From a virus (lineage: Duplodnaviria > Caudoviricetes), in the IMG/VR virus record IMGVR_UViG_3300047509_000095, positions 1-54,341 of that record: 54,341 nucleotides of DNA, one strand, 5' to 3'. The notes under the pieces are model-generated. The model did not search any database. It was not told where the DNA came from and worked only from the letters and a program-made list of their open reading frames with translations. Position 1 is the first letter of the stretch; every line of letters begins with the position of its first letter. The position numbers were made by a program, and so were the translations under genes. Of the stretch, positions 26,781 to 37,420 are shown piece after piece.

Positions 26781-29700
26781 GCGATCAGATCGACCAGATG
26801 TTCGCCAACATGGACAAGCCGGCTGCCGACCCGGCGGCGGCAGCCACGGTCGCGCCAAAGCAGCCCGATGCGCTCGACACGATGTTCCAGAACATGGACA
26901 AGTCAAGTGCCACAGTGGCCACCAACAACCTACTACAAGCCCAAGGCACGAACCCGGACGCCGCCGCGCGCGCGCAAGCGCTATCGAAGCAGACCGGCGT
27001 GCCGCAGCCAACCGTCGAGGCAGACCTGCCCAGCTATGAGCAGCAGCAAAAGCTCAAGGATAACGTCGACGCGCTGGATCAGCACCCCGGCCTGGCCAAC
27101 TTCGTTGCCAACAATCCGCTCGCGGCCCGCATGGCACAGGATGACTTCGACAAGCTGGGCGTCCTTGAGAAGGCATGGGACGCAATCAAGAGCGGCACAG
27201 CAACGGCTTTCCTACAGAACCAGATGGGCCGCCTCGGCAACGTCAAGCAGTTGGGCGACGCTGTCGGAGCAGCAACGCCAGGGGCCGATAGCCAGATCCG
27301 GACGATCAATGAGCAGCTGTCGAAGCAGCCCCACCTTGTCGGTGCCTTCGGCGCGGCGCAAAGCTTCACCGGCTTCTTGGCCGGGCTGATCGACAATGGC
27401 ATCCAGGGCGCGATCCCTGGGGCGCTTGCCGGCGGGGCGGCTGGTGCTGTCGTCGGTGCTGGCGCGACACCTGAATTGCTAGGTGCAGGCGCCATCCCTG
27501 GCGCGGTAGCCGGCGCGCCTATCGGCGCTGCCATCGGCTTCAACGCTGACATGGCGCGCGTGGCCGCCGGTAACGCCTACATCAAGATGGGCCAGATGCG
27601 CGGCCTTGACGGCCAACCGATCTCCGAGAGCGGACGCCAGTTCGGCGCCTTGTTCACGGGGGTGGCCACCTACGCCATCGGTAAGTACGCCACGGCAGTG
27701 GAGGGCGCGCTCATGGGCGAGACAGCCGACGCGCTGGCAGGGCGCGCGCTGCAGCAGGCCATGACACGGCCGACGTTTGCCGCCGCGTTGGTGCAGCTCG
27801 GCAAGGAGACAGCCAAAGGCGCGGCGCAAGGCGCCGGTGTCATGACCGCGATGGAAGGATCGAGCATCATTGGTGAGGAGATCGGCAAGGCATTCAGCGA
27901 CGGCCAGTTCGAGCACAACCCGCACGAGATCGTCGAGCGCCTGGCGGACGCGGCGCTAAACGGCGCCATCATGCTAGGCACGATGCACGGCGCCATGCAC
28001 GGCATGGGCCTGTACGGCGACTACCGGGCGGCGCAGCGTGCTGACGGTAACGCGCAGATGTTCCAGAACCTGATGGAAGGCTCGGCCGGCTCGAAGCTGC
28101 GCGAGCGCGACCAGCAGGCGTTCCAGGAGTTCATGCAGCACCAGACGGACGGCACGCCAGTTGAAAACCTGTACATCGAAGCGGCCAAGGTGCGCGAGTT
28201 CTACCAGTCCATGGGCATCGACCCGAGTCTGGACAACCGCGCCAGCGACCCGCTGTTCGGGTTCGTCAAGGACATGCCGCAACAGCTGCGCGAAGCCGCC
28301 GACACGGGCGGCGATGTAGTCATCCCATCGGCCGACTACCTGACGCACCTGGCCGGTACGCCAGCTGCCGACAAGCTGCTGCCAGACTTGCGGGTCGGCG
28401 CGAACGCCATGTCGGTGAACGAGGCGAAGACCTACAACCAGGAGGCGCAGACGCGGCTCAAGGCTGCGGCCGACGTGGCGGCTACGCCCGAGGCGTCGCC
28501 CACACAAGGCGTGTTCGAGGACGTGAAGAAGCAGGCGCTTGCAGCGGGCTATCCGGAGAGCGAAGCGAGCATGCACGCCGCGATCTACGCCTCGCGGTAC
28601 GGCGCGCGCGCCGAGCGCCTGGGCGTCGATCCGATGGAGGCGTACAAGGCGTCCAATCTCACCATCAAAAAAGGGGCAGATCGCCCCGACAATGGTTTTA
28701 ACCAACCCACAGGGTGGGACTCTGTAGATGGCGGGGGCGAAAAACAACTCGCACCCGGCGCCAGTTCCAAGGGCGTTATCCAGCTCGGCGATAGCAAGGC
28801 CATCATCCACATTTTCTCAAACGCCGACCATAGTACCCTCGTCCATGAGACGGGCCACTTGTGGCTCGACGAGCTGTCCAAGGACGCGCTCATCGACGGC
28901 GCGCCGCAGCAGCTCAAGGACGACATGGCGACCGTCATGAAGTGGTTCGGCACCGACACCATCGGCGTCGAGCAGCACGAGCAGTTCGCGCGCGCCGTCG
29001 AGGCGTACTTCATGGAAGGCAAGGCGCCGACCAGTGCGCTTGCGCGTGTGTTCTCCCGCTTCAAGACTTGGCTGACGAAGATCTACCAGAACGCCAAGGC
29101 GCTCAACACGCCGATCAACGACGAGATCCGGGGTGTGTTCGACCGCCTGCTGGCGACCGACGACGAGATCGCCCAAGCCAAGGCCACGCAGGGCCTCACC
29201 CCGGCGTTCAAGGACAAAGTTGAAGCCGGTATGACCACGGCTGAGTGGAAGGCCTACACGGGCGCAATTGACCGCGCCAACCAGAAGGCAGAATCGGTCC
29301 TGCTTGAGAAGGCCATGGCCAGCATCCGGCGCCAGCGCACCACCGAATACAAGGCCGAGTTCAAGGCGGCGCAAGAAGCGGCGGCCGTCAAGGTCGATCA
29401 GCGCCCCGACATCCAAGCCCTGAACCTGCTCACCAAGGGCGTGCTGCCTGATGGCACGGTCGAGGAGCACGCCAAGCTCTCGCGCGGCGATATCGTCAAA
29501 CTGTACGGCGAGAAGGGTGTCACCGACCTACCCAAAAACACCACGGCCGTAGACGGCGTACACCCCGACTATGTGGCCGAGCTGCTGGGCTTCAACTCGG
29601 GCGACGAGCTGGTCAAGTCGCTGCAAGCGCTGGAGCAACAGCACCGCACGATCAAGCTGCAGGAAGGCGAGCGGCGCGGCATCCGGCAATACCTGATCGA

Positions 29701-32700
29701 CGAGGAAGCCAAGCAACAGGTCCAGGACAAGCACGGTGACTTGCTCGACGAGGTGTCCATGCAGCAGGAAGCGCTGACTGCTATCCACTCGGACAAGCAG
29801 ACTGAACTGCTGGCGCTCGAACTGCGCTACCTGCGCCGGATGGGTGCCCAGGAACTGGTCGAGCGCGGCGCCGGCCGCAAGGCGCTGACGCAGGCCGAGC
29901 AGCAGGCCAAGTGGGACGCCGCCCTGGCCGACTTCAACGCCAAGCTGGACCTGGCCAAGAAGGAAGGCAAGGCCAAGGATATCATCGACGGTCTGAAGCA
30001 GAAAATTGCCGATCTGCAAGATACGATCAAGCAGGCCAAAGCCAAAGAGTCCTATGTCAAGGGCGCGCTGCACGACTCCACGGCCATCACCCGGCCGATG
30101 CTTGACGCCGTGCGCGCGCACGTCGACACGATGCTTGAGACGAAGACCGTGTCCGATATCGGCAATTACGACAAGTACACGCGCGACGAGCGCAAGGCAG
30201 CACGCGAGGTGCAAGACGCCATCCTCAAGAAGGATTGGAACGCTGCAGCGGCGGCCAAGCAGCGCCAGATCCTGGCCAACGTCCTGTATGTCAAGGCGAA
30301 GGCAGCGTCCGACCAGATCGACATGGGCAAGCGCGAGATGGCCTACCTCGCGTCCAAGAAGTCATTCAAGAACATCAGCCAGGAATACACAAACCAGTTG
30401 CACGACCTGATCGGCCGTTTCGGCTTCGACTCGGGCCGGGGCGAGGAACTGCAGCGCGTGAAGGATGGCACGCTGCAGGAGTTCGTCGAGAAGAAGTCGG
30501 CCGAAGAAGGCATCGAGCTGGCGGTCGATCAGTCGCTCTACAATGCGGCAGGCGGCGATGTGGGCAAGATGACGCTGGCGCAGTTCCGCGCGCTGTCGCT
30601 GGCCGTGCGCTCGATGCGCGAGATCGGCGCCGGCGACAAGCTGATCGTGGTCGACGGTGAGAAGCGCGAATTCTCCCAAGTGAAGAACCAAGTGGTCGAC
30701 GCGATCCGCGCGCTGGGCGAGCGCAAGCAGTCGGCCTATCTGAACCCGGACAGTGCCCCGCTGATCGAGCGCAAGGCCAACGCCATCAAGGCGATGGCGC
30801 GCGGCGTCGACGCGGCGCTCACCAAGAAGGAAGCGCTGTTCGACCAGATCGACCTGGGCGACCCGAACGGCATCATGAACAGCGCCATCTTCCGCAAGCT
30901 CAAGGACGCCGTACACAACCGCGATCTGTGGTCCGAGGACACCGCCAAGGACTTCAAAGCGGCGGCTGAAGCCGCCGGCAAAGATTGGCTCAAGGGTTTG
31001 CGCGAGTTCGTGCCAGACGACCCGGCGCTGCTCGACCCAGCCACCAAGCGCCCGATCAAGATCGCGCGCAAGGACATGCTGGGCATGATGCTGAACTGGG
31101 GCAACCAGGGCAACAAAGACCGGCTCACGAAGGGCTACCAGTGGACAGAGGGCGCCGTCAGTGCGTTCTTTGACCGCAACGCCACCAAAGCCGACTGGGA
31201 CTTCGTGCAGCGTGTATGGGACGCCTACGACAAATACAAGGCGCCGCTCGACGCGCTGCAAGTGCGCGCCACCGGCGTGGGGCTGGACATGGTGCACGCC
31301 GAGGCGTTCGACACGCCGCACGGGCGCTATGAGGGCGGCTACTACCCGGTTGTCGAGGACAAGTCGCGCAGCTACCGCGCCGAGGACAACGCCGGCCGTA
31401 ACGCGCAGTCCATGTTCACGAACAGCTACGCGCGCGCCACGACCCCGCACGGCAACACGATCAGCCGCATCGGCGGCGATCGGCCGATCTCAATCGATCT
31501 CGACATCGCGCCGTGGAAGATCGGCCAGACCATCCATGACATCGCCATGCGTGAGGCGCTGATGGACGCCGACCGGCTGCTCAGCCACCCCGATGTCAAG
31601 AGCGCCATGGACGACGTGTTCGGCCCCGAGTACCGCAAGTCGCTGCGCCCATGGCTGCAGACGATGGCGAACGCGCGCAACATCGACGACGCGGCGCTGG
31701 GCACCTGGAACCGCATCCTGTCGGTAGCGCGCACGAACACCGTGATCGTGGGCATCGGGTTCCGTCCGATGACCATGCTCAAGCACGCCACCACGGCGGT
31801 GTCGAACAGCATCAGCGAACTCGGCGCCAAGTGGATGATGGTCGGCACGCGCGAATTCTACGGTCCAGGGATGGCCGCCAAGTGGGACTTCATCAAGTCC
31901 AAGTCGCCTGACATGGCCTACCGCCTGAAGCACTACGATCAGGACGTGAACGGCCAATACGCGAACCTGTTCAAGGACAGCACCTACACCAAATTCCAGC
32001 AGAAGGCCCAGTACTTCAGCCATATCGGGATCTCGTATCTCGACCTCGGCTCGGCCGCGCCGACCTGGCTTGGCGCCTACCGCAAGGCGCTCTCCGAAGG
32101 CATGGCCGATGAAGATGCGGTCTACTCGGCCGACAAAGTCGTGCGCAACGCCCACGGCGGCACGGGTCTGACGGACCGCTCGGCGATCCAGGAGACGAAG
32201 GGCGCGTGGTCGGCGGCCACGATGTTCTATAGCTTTTTTAACCACATTTACAATCGCCAGCGCCAGATCGTTATCGATGCCGCACACGGCGTCTCCGACC
32301 TGAAAGCCGGCGAGTACAAGTCGGCCAGCCGCAATTTTGCTGGCGTGCTCGCGCGTAGCTGGTACTACGTCGCTGTGCCGGCGTTCATCGAGGCGATGGC
32401 GCAGTCGGGCGGCCCGAACGAGGACAAGGAGGAAACTTGGGCCGGATGGGCTGCCAAGGCCATCACGTCCGAGATCCCGGCCGGTATCCCGGTGCTGCGC
32501 GACATCGCCAAGGCGGCCATCGAGGGGCGCGACTACGAGATCAGCCCGCTCGCGCGCGCCGTGAACACGACCATCAAGGGCATCACGGACACCTACGGCG
32601 CGATCATGAACGACGAGCCGCCAAAGAACGCCGCCCAGCACATCGTCGAGGGTGCCGGCTACCTATCCGGCCTGCCGACTGCGGCGCCGTTCACGGCCGG

Positions 32701-32797
32701 TAAATTCCTGTGGGATTACAGCGAAGGCAACGTCGACCCGAAAGACTTGGCCGACTGGACGCAGGGCATGCTGCACGGAAAGTTGAAAGAAAAATGA
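26777..32797 (+). CDS. Large internal virion/ejection protein (2006 aa)
   Basis: Size and position; TLVHETGH...HEQFARAVEAYFMEGKAP block; GGYYP; MFYSFF. Confidence 0.8.
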   Translation: MSDQIDQMFANMDKPAADPAAAATVAPKQPDALDTMFQNMDKSSATVATNNLLQAQGTNPDAAARAQALSKQTGVPQPTVEADLPSYEQQQKLKDNVDALDQHPGLANFVANNPLAARMAQDDFDKLGVLEKAWDAIKSGTATAFLQNQMGRLGNVKQLGDAVGAATPGADSQIRTINEQLSKQPHLVGAFGAAQSFTGFLAGLIDNGIQGAIPGALAGGAAGAVVGAGATPELLGAGAIPGAVAGAPIGAAIGFNADMARVAAGNAYIKMGQMRGLDGQPISESGRQFGALFTGVATYAIGKYATAVEGALMGETADALAGRALQQAMTRPTFAAALVQLGKETAKGAAQGAGVMTAMEGSSIIGEEIGKAFSDGQFEHNPHEIVERLADAALNGAIMLGTMHGAMHGMGLYGDYRAAQRADGNAQMFQNLMEGSAGSKLRERDQQAFQEFMQHQTDGTPVENLYIEAAKVREFYQSMGIDPSLDNRASDPLFGFVKDMPQQLREAADTGGDVVIPSADYLTHLAGTPAADKLLPDLRVGANAMSVNEAKTYNQEAQTRLKAAADVAATPEASPTQGVFEDVKKQALAAGYPESEASMHAAIYASRYGARAERLGVDPMEAYKASNLTIKKGADRPDNGFNQPTGWDSVDGGGEKQLAPGASSKGVIQLGDSKAIIHIFSNADHSTLVHETGHLWLDELSKDALIDGAPQQLKDDMATVMKWFGTDTIGVEQHEQFARAVEAYFMEGKAPTSALARVFSRFKTWLTKIYQNAKALNTPINDEIRGVFDRLLATDDEIAQAKATQGLTPAFKDKVEAGMTTAEWKAYTGAIDRANQKAESVLLEKAMASIRRQRTTEYKAEFKAAQEAAAVKVDQRPDIQALNLLTKGVLPDGTVEEHAKLSRGDIVKLYGEKGVTDLPKNTTAVDGVHPDYVAELLGFNSGDELVKSLQALEQQHRTIKLQEGERRGIRQYLIDEEAKQQVQDKHGDLLDEVSMQQEALTAIHSDKQTELLALELRYLRRMGAQELVERGAGRKALTQAEQQAKWDAALADFNAKLDLAKKEGKAKDIIDGLKQKIADLQDTIKQAKAKESYVKGALHDSTAITRPMLDAVRAHVDTMLETKTVSDIGNYDKYTRDERKAAREVQDAILKKDWNAAAAAKQRQILANVLYVKAKAASDQIDMGKREMAYLASKKSFKNISQEYTNQLHDLIGRFGFDSGRGEELQRVKDGTLQEFVEKKSAEEGIELAVDQSLYNAAGGDVGKMTLAQFRALSLAVRSMREIGAGDKLIVVDGEKREFSQVKNQVVDAIRALGERKQSAYLNPDSAPLIERKANAIKAMARGVDAALTKKEALFDQIDLGDPNGIMNSAIFRKLKDAVHNRDLWSEDTAKDFKAAAEAAGKDWLKGLREFVPDDPALLDPATKRPIKIARKDMLGMMLNWGNQGNKDRLTKGYQWTEGAVSAFFDRNATKADWDFVQRVWDAYDKYKAPLDALQVRATGVGLDMVHAEAFDTPHGRYEGGYYPVVEDKSRSYRAEDNAGRNAQSMFTNSYARATTPHGNTISRIGGDRPISIDLDIAPWKIGQTIHDIAMREALMDADRLLSHPDVKSAMDDVFGPEYRKSLRPWLQTMANARNIDDAALGTWNRILSVARTNTVIVGIGFRPMTMLKHATTAVSNSISELGAKWMMVGTREFYGPGMAAKWDFIKSKSPDMAYRLKHYDQDVNGQYANLFKDSTYTKFQQKAQYFSHIGISYLDLGSAAPTWLGAYRKALSEGMADEDAVYSADKVVRNAHGGTGLTDRSAIQETKGAWSAATMFYSFFNHIYNRQRQIVIDAAHGVSDLKAGEYKSASRNFAGVLARSWYYVAVPAFIEAMAQSGGPNEDKEETWAGWAAKAITSEIPAGIPVLRDIAKAAIEGRDYEISPLARAVNTTIKGITDTYGAIMNDEPPKNAAQHIVEGAGYLSGLPTAAPFTAGKFLWDYSEGNVDPKDLADWTQGMLHGKLKEK

Positions 32798-32882
32798 GAA
32801 CTCAAGCGCAGCTGGTGAAGCCGCAAAGGTGCCTCCTCCCGGCGCTGTGGAGCCGGCTGTCGCTTGAGTATTGGGGGGCGTC

Positions 32883-33764
32883 ATGGCTGTAGCCCCATCA
32901 ATCCAGAACGTGGCCGGCTACAACGAGCTGGTCGAATATATCGACATCAACGCGGCCACTGCGCGCTTGTCCGTTGTCGCCAACACGAGCGGCGCGACAA
33001 TCGCCAAGGGCAGCGTGGTCTACGTGACCGGCGCCTCGGTGTTCGTGCCCAGCGTCGCCAAAGCCAAGGCCAACGCCACGGCCACGATGCCGGGTTTCGG
33101 GATCATACCAGCCGACATCCTGAACGGTGCCACCGGCAACTGCCAATTTTCCGGGGTAATGGACAACCTGGACACTAGCGCGTTCAATGCCGGCGACCTG
33201 CTGTACGTAAGCGCGGCCACCGCCGGCGTGCTCACGGCAACCGCGCCGGCGCATCCGAACCTGAGCCAGCTGGTGGCGATCGTCACCAAGAAGGACGCGG
33301 CCACGGGCGCGCTGTTCGTGCTCCAGGGCGGGGCCGTGTACGGGCGTGAGGCTGGCACGTTGTCCGACACATTCAAGGTCGGCGCCGGCACGGCGGGCGC
33401 CAAGGCGGTGGCCTTCGTGAACGCGTTCACGGGCACGTTGTCCTGGACCCCGACAGCGGCGCGCGCGCTGGTCCTGCCAGACGCCAGCGACACGCTGATC
33501 GGCAAGGCCACCACGGATGTGCTGACCAACAAGACATTCGACTCGGCCGGTGCGGGCAACGCCCTGAAGATCAACGGTACAACAGTTCCCGCAGCTGGCG
33601 CCACTTCTGCGTCAAGTACCGCGCCGGCAGGGGGTGTGGGAACTGCGGCCGGTGGGTGGGACACGGCGGCGAACCGTGACGCGGCAATTGCTGCGATCAA
33701 CGCCTGCGCAGCAGCCATCACGAAGCTAAACACCATTGTTGTAAATGCCGGGCTCGGCACATAA
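32883..33764 (+). CDS. Tail fibre-like protein
   Basis: N.SGATI.KG.VVY, DTS.F..GD.LY.S, LPDASDTLIG..T..LTNKT fibre motifs. Confidence 0.7.
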   Translation: MAVAPSIQNVAGYNELVEYIDINAATARLSVVANTSGATIAKGSVVYVTGASVFVPSVAKAKANATATMPGFGIIPADILNGATGNCQFSGVMDNLDTSAFNAGDLLYVSAATAGVLTATAPAHPNLSQLVAIVTKKDAATGALFVLQGGAVYGREAGTLSDTFKVGAGTAGAKAVAFVNAFTGTLSWTPTAARALVLPDASDTLIGKATTDVLTNKTFDSAGAGNALKINGTTVPAAGATSASSTAPAGGVGTAAGGWDTAANRDAAIAAINACAAAITKLNTIVVNAGLGT

Positions 33765-33774
33765 GGAGAACACC

Positions 33775-35925
33775 ATGGCATCGTCTACCATCGCCCGCCG
33801 TCTCGGGCTCACCGGCAACCGTGGGTGCAAGGCGCCAGTGCGCGCGGCCACATCGGCCAATATCACGCTGTCCGGTGAGCAGACAACGGGCGGCGTGGCC
33901 CTTGTCGATCGCGACCGCTGCTTGGTGTGGCAGCAAACTGACGGCACGCAGAACGGTATCTACGACGTATCCACGGGCGCCTGGACCCGCAGCATTGACG
34001 CGGATGGCACGCAGGACTGGTCGACGGGCACGATCGGCATCATCACGGCCGGTACGTACATCGACCAATTCTGGTTCTTGACCACGACTGGGTCTATCGT
34101 CCCAGGCACAACGTCGCTTGCTTTCCAAGTCGGCATCCCGCAGTTGCCAGTGCTGGCCGCGCAGACGGGGGCCGGGCTCATTGGCTTCATCAGCGCACTC
34201 GCCGGCGCGATCCCGACGACTGTACAGGCCGAGATGCGGACGCGGCTCACGGTCACACAATTTGGCGCCGATCCAACAGGTGCGACCGACTCAAGCGCCG
34301 CGGTTGCGGCGGCGATCGCGGCGATGCCCAACCCCTGCGCGCTCGTGTTCCCCTACGGGACGTACCGGCTAAACTCTGGCATATCGGTGCCGTACGCTGG
34401 CGTGAACGGCTCTGGCAAGACGCTGATCTTTGAAGGCTGCACGCTGCAGGCTGGCGCGGACAACGTAAAGTTGCTCCACTGGTCCGACTCGCGCGGCTCG
34501 GCGATCGGCAGCGTCAAGTTCACCACCGGCGGGTACGCTGGTGTGTCCGGGTTCCGCTTGTCGCCGACAAACGAGGCGAGTACGACGGTTCTGGAAAATC
34601 AGAACTTCAACAAGTTCGGCGCAGAGATGGAGTTCATCGGCCTGGCCGAGGGAATCGTCACGCAAACCGGCCCCCGCGTTTTGGGCGCTGACTCCGGGTG
34701 CTACTTCAATATGTTCTCGGGCGGCTTGGTGTTCGGCAGCTGTGACCGCTGCATCTGGTTCAGGGATGGCAGCTTGGGGCCGAACTCCGGGCAGAACTCG
34801 AACATGTTCACGGGCGGCATATCACTGAACGGGTCCATCAACACCGGCATCGAGATCGACGCCGGCGGCGGGAATCTTTTCATCGCGCCGCGCTTTGAAA
34901 ATATCACGAACGGCGCCACGCCAAACGCTACGCCGATTGCGTTGTACGTGTCCGACACCATGGCGAACGGGAACGCGAACCCGGACAACACCTTCATCAA
35001 TCCGCACTGGGAAAACTGCACGATCAACGCGACTATCAACAACCCCGACACGCGGATAGTCAACGTCAGCGATTCCGACCTGTTGAACTCGAATGGGCAG
35101 ATCACAGCCTTTACAGACCAATATCGGCAGGCCGTGCCTTCAAAGGGGAACATGGTAAATTCGATCCTGAATACCGTAACGTCGGTGACGACTATTCGCG
35201 GGTTGTGGTTGTTCGACGAGTACGGGGCCTCGTCCGAGATCGTCGACCGCAGCACGAAGGGGCACAGCCTGTTTCTCCGTGATGCGTCCCTTGTCGCGCA
35301 AGCAGCCCGGCTTTGGGGTCCGCGTATTTCTGGTGAAGCATTCTGCCTCACCTACGGCGACGAATCTCACCTGTGGGACGTGGCAAGCCACGCCGACTTC
35401 AACTTCGGCGATGGCGCCACCGACTCGGCGTTCTCGATCGTAACGCTGATCTACCCGACATTGGCCTCATCCTGCGAGATCGTGTCAAAAGACGACATCA
35501 CGACGGCTTCGACCAAGCGGCAGTACGCAACATCGGTTGAGACCAACGGCAGCATGTCGTTCTTCTTGTTCGACGATTCGGCCGGTGCTTACATCGCTCG
35601 GACCGCGCCGGGCGGGTCGATCACGGCCAACGCCGTGCACCTCGTCACGACCACGTACGACGGCGCAGGCCTAGCTGCCGGGATGAAGATCTACGTCGAT
35701 TCGTCCCAGGTGGACAACACCACCTTGACGGCGGGCGTCTACACGGCGATGGAAGCGAAGACTGCCAAAGTGGCCGGGTACCGTACATCGACGGCGGGCG
35801 TCCCCGAACGATTTTTCAAGGGGCGTTTGTTCCTGACCATGATCATCGGCGCTGAACTGACGGCCAGTCAGGTGCGCCAACTTTCCTACCTCCTGCGCTC
35901 GTATGCTGGCGCAGCCCTTTCCTAA
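33775..35925 (+). CDS. Tailspike (anchor domain, beta-helix, C-terminal LamG/ConA-like domain)
   Basis: K.PVRAAT..NITLSG.QT...QNGIY...WTR; V.QFGADPTG..DS..A...FP.GTY (pectate-lyase-like start); H.V.TYDG...KIYVD...F.G. Confidence 0.8.
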   Translation: MASSTIARRLGLTGNRGCKAPVRAATSANITLSGEQTTGGVALVDRDRCLVWQQTDGTQNGIYDVSTGAWTRSIDADGTQDWSTGTIGIITAGTYIDQFWFLTTTGSIVPGTTSLAFQVGIPQLPVLAAQTGAGLIGFISALAGAIPTTVQAEMRTRLTVTQFGADPTGATDSSAAVAAAIAAMPNPCALVFPYGTYRLNSGISVPYAGVNGSGKTLIFEGCTLQAGADNVKLLHWSDSRGSAIGSVKFTTGGYAGVSGFRLSPTNEASTTVLENQNFNKFGAEMEFIGLAEGIVTQTGPRVLGADSGCYFNMFSGGLVFGSCDRCIWFRDGSLGPNSGQNSNMFTGGISLNGSINTGIEIDAGGGNLFIAPRFENITNGATPNATPIALYVSDTMANGNANPDNTFINPHWENCTINATINNPDTRIVNVSDSDLLNSNGQITAFTDQYRQAVPSKGNMVNSILNTVTSVTTIRGLWLFDEYGASSEIVDRSTKGHSLFLRDASLVAQAARLWGPRISGEAFCLTYGDESHLWDVASHADFNFGDGATDSAFSIVTLIYPTLASSCEIVSKDDITTASTKRQYATSVETNGSMSFFLFDDSAGAYIARTAPGGSITANAVHLVTTTYDGAGLAAGMKIYVDSSQVDNTTLTAGVYTAMEAKTAKVAGYRTSTAGVPERFFKGRLFLTMIIGAELTASQVRQLSYLLRSYAGAALS

Positions 35926-35937
35926 AGGCAGAACGAC

Positions 35938-36264
35938 ATGAGCGAACAAGAAAAACCCTTGGCGCGCCGGGATCAGCCGGCGGAGTGGCACGACTATGTA
36001 GCCGACAAACTGCGCGCGCAAGAGGAGCGCATGGACGCCCACGAAGTGGCGTTGCAGGCGAACACCGAAGCGACAAAAGCGGCGGCGCAGGCGACAGCGC
36101 GTGTCGAGGCCAACACCGCCGGGATCGTTGACATGCTCAACTCGTGGGAGGGCGCCATGAAGACTATCGCGTCAATCGGCAAGTTCCTGCGTCCGATCAC
36201 TTACATCATCGCCTTCTGCACGGCAGCTGCCGGGTTGTGGGCAAAATACAGGGGGCACGAATGA
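35938..36264 (+). CDS. Putative holin-like membrane protein
   Basis: Coiled coil followed by a single C-terminal TM segment; directly upstream of the endolysin. Confidence 0.5.
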   Translation: MSEQEKPLARRDQPAEWHDYVADKLRAQEERMDAHEVALQANTEATKAAAQATARVEANTAGIVDMLNSWEGAMKTIASIGKFLRPITYIIAFCTAAAGLWAKYRGHE

Positions 36265-36803
36265 TAACCATAGAGCAGCTCAAAGCGATCATGCCGGGGG
36301 GTTCCACCCGCGCGGCGCGGTTCATAGATCCCCTCAACAAGGCTATGGTGAAGTTCGACATCGACACCGTGCCGCGCATGGCGTCCTTCCTGGCCCAGAT
36401 CGCGCATGAAAGTGGCCAGCTGCTCTACGTGCAGGAGCTGGCGAGCGGCGACGCCTATGAGAACCGCAAGGACTTGGGCAACACGCATCCAGGCGACGGG
36501 CGCATGTTCCGCGGACGCGGCCTGATCCAGATCACCGGGCGGGGGGACAACCAAGCGTGCGCGGACTTCTTCAAGATGAACCTGCTCGACTTCCTGGCCT
36601 GGGTCATCCAGGACGAAGGCGCCGCGATGGCCAGTGGGTGGTGGTGGTACAAGCACAACGCGAACTTGGTTGCCGATACCGGCGACGAGCTGGCAGTAAG
36701 CCGGTTAGTCAACTGCGGCTCGGCACATTCGAAGTGCACGCCGAATGGCTTGGACAAGCGACTCGCTTTCAAAGCGGTCGCGCTGCGCGTGCTAGGGGGT
36801 TGA
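36261..36803 (+). CDS. Glycoside hydrolase family 19 endolysin
   Basis: FLAQIAHESG, LGN...GDG..FRGRGLIQITGR, NGL..R. Confidence 0.9.
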   Translation: MITIEQLKAIMPGGSTRAARFIDPLNKAMVKFDIDTVPRMASFLAQIAHESGQLLYVQELASGDAYENRKDLGNTHPGDGRMFRGRGLIQITGRGDNQACADFFKMNLLDFLAWVIQDEGAAMASGWWWYKHNANLVADTGDELAVSRLVNCGSAHSKCTPNGLDKRLAFKAVALRVLGG

Positions 36804-36804
36804 T

Positions 36805-37158
36805 ATGGGACTTATCAGACATCTCATCGACGCGGCCAAGGGCAAGCACCCGCTGGCGTCGGCGCGCTCAGGGCACTGGCCGGCGGCGCGCAAGGGGCAC
36901 CTCGCGACGCACCCTTGCTGCGCCGTGTGCGGCGGTACGGCCAAGTTGGAAGTGCATCATATCCGGCCGTTTCACTTACACCCCGAACTGGAGCTCGATC
37001 CCGCGAACTTCGTCACGTTGTGCGAGGCGAACAAGGGCGGCATCAACTGCCACTTGGCCGTGGGGCACCTCGGCAGTTTCAAGAGCTTCAACACCACAGT
37101 GAAGGCTGACGCGATCGCGTGGCTGCTGAAAATTAAAAATCGACCATCTGGAGAATAA
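36805..37158 (+). CDS. HNH endonuclease
   Basis: CAVCG...EVHHI.P....N..TLC...CH...GH. Confidence 0.85.
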   Translation: MGLIRHLIDAAKGKHPLASARSGHWPAARKGHLATHPCCAVCGGTAKLEVHHIRPFHLHPELELDPANFVTLCEANKGGINCHLAVGHLGSFKSFNTTVKADAIAWLLKIKNRPSGE

Positions 37159-37159
37159 C

Positions 37160-37420
37160 GTGAAAAAATCCCTTTTGATTATCGCTTTACTGGCGCTGAC
37201 CGGCTGCTCGACTGTCATGACCGGCTATGAGGCAACGGCCGTTGACGCGATCAAGCGCGCCGACGACCAGCGCCTCGGGCTGCAAGTCATCGGCATCTGC
37301 TCGACGCCATACAGCGCCGTGCTGCGCAACCCGCAGGTGATTCCGGGTGTCGAGGCACTGTGCCTGCACGGCGCCAACACGGCGCCGGCTGCGCTGTTCG
37401 ATGGTGTGAGGCCCAAGTGA
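37160..37420 (+). CDS. Lipoprotein
   Basis: Signal peptide with lipobox LTGC; GGAG RBS. Confidence 0.75.
   Translation: MKKSLLIIALLALTGCSTVMTGYEATAVDAIKRADDQRLGLQVIGICSTPYSAVLRNPQVIPGVEALCLHGANTAPAALFDGVRPK

Noticed and set aside
32883-35925. Diversity-generating retroelement as in BPP-1-like phages
   Set aside because: I saw no reverse transcriptase ORF and no TR/VR repeat pair near the fibre genes.
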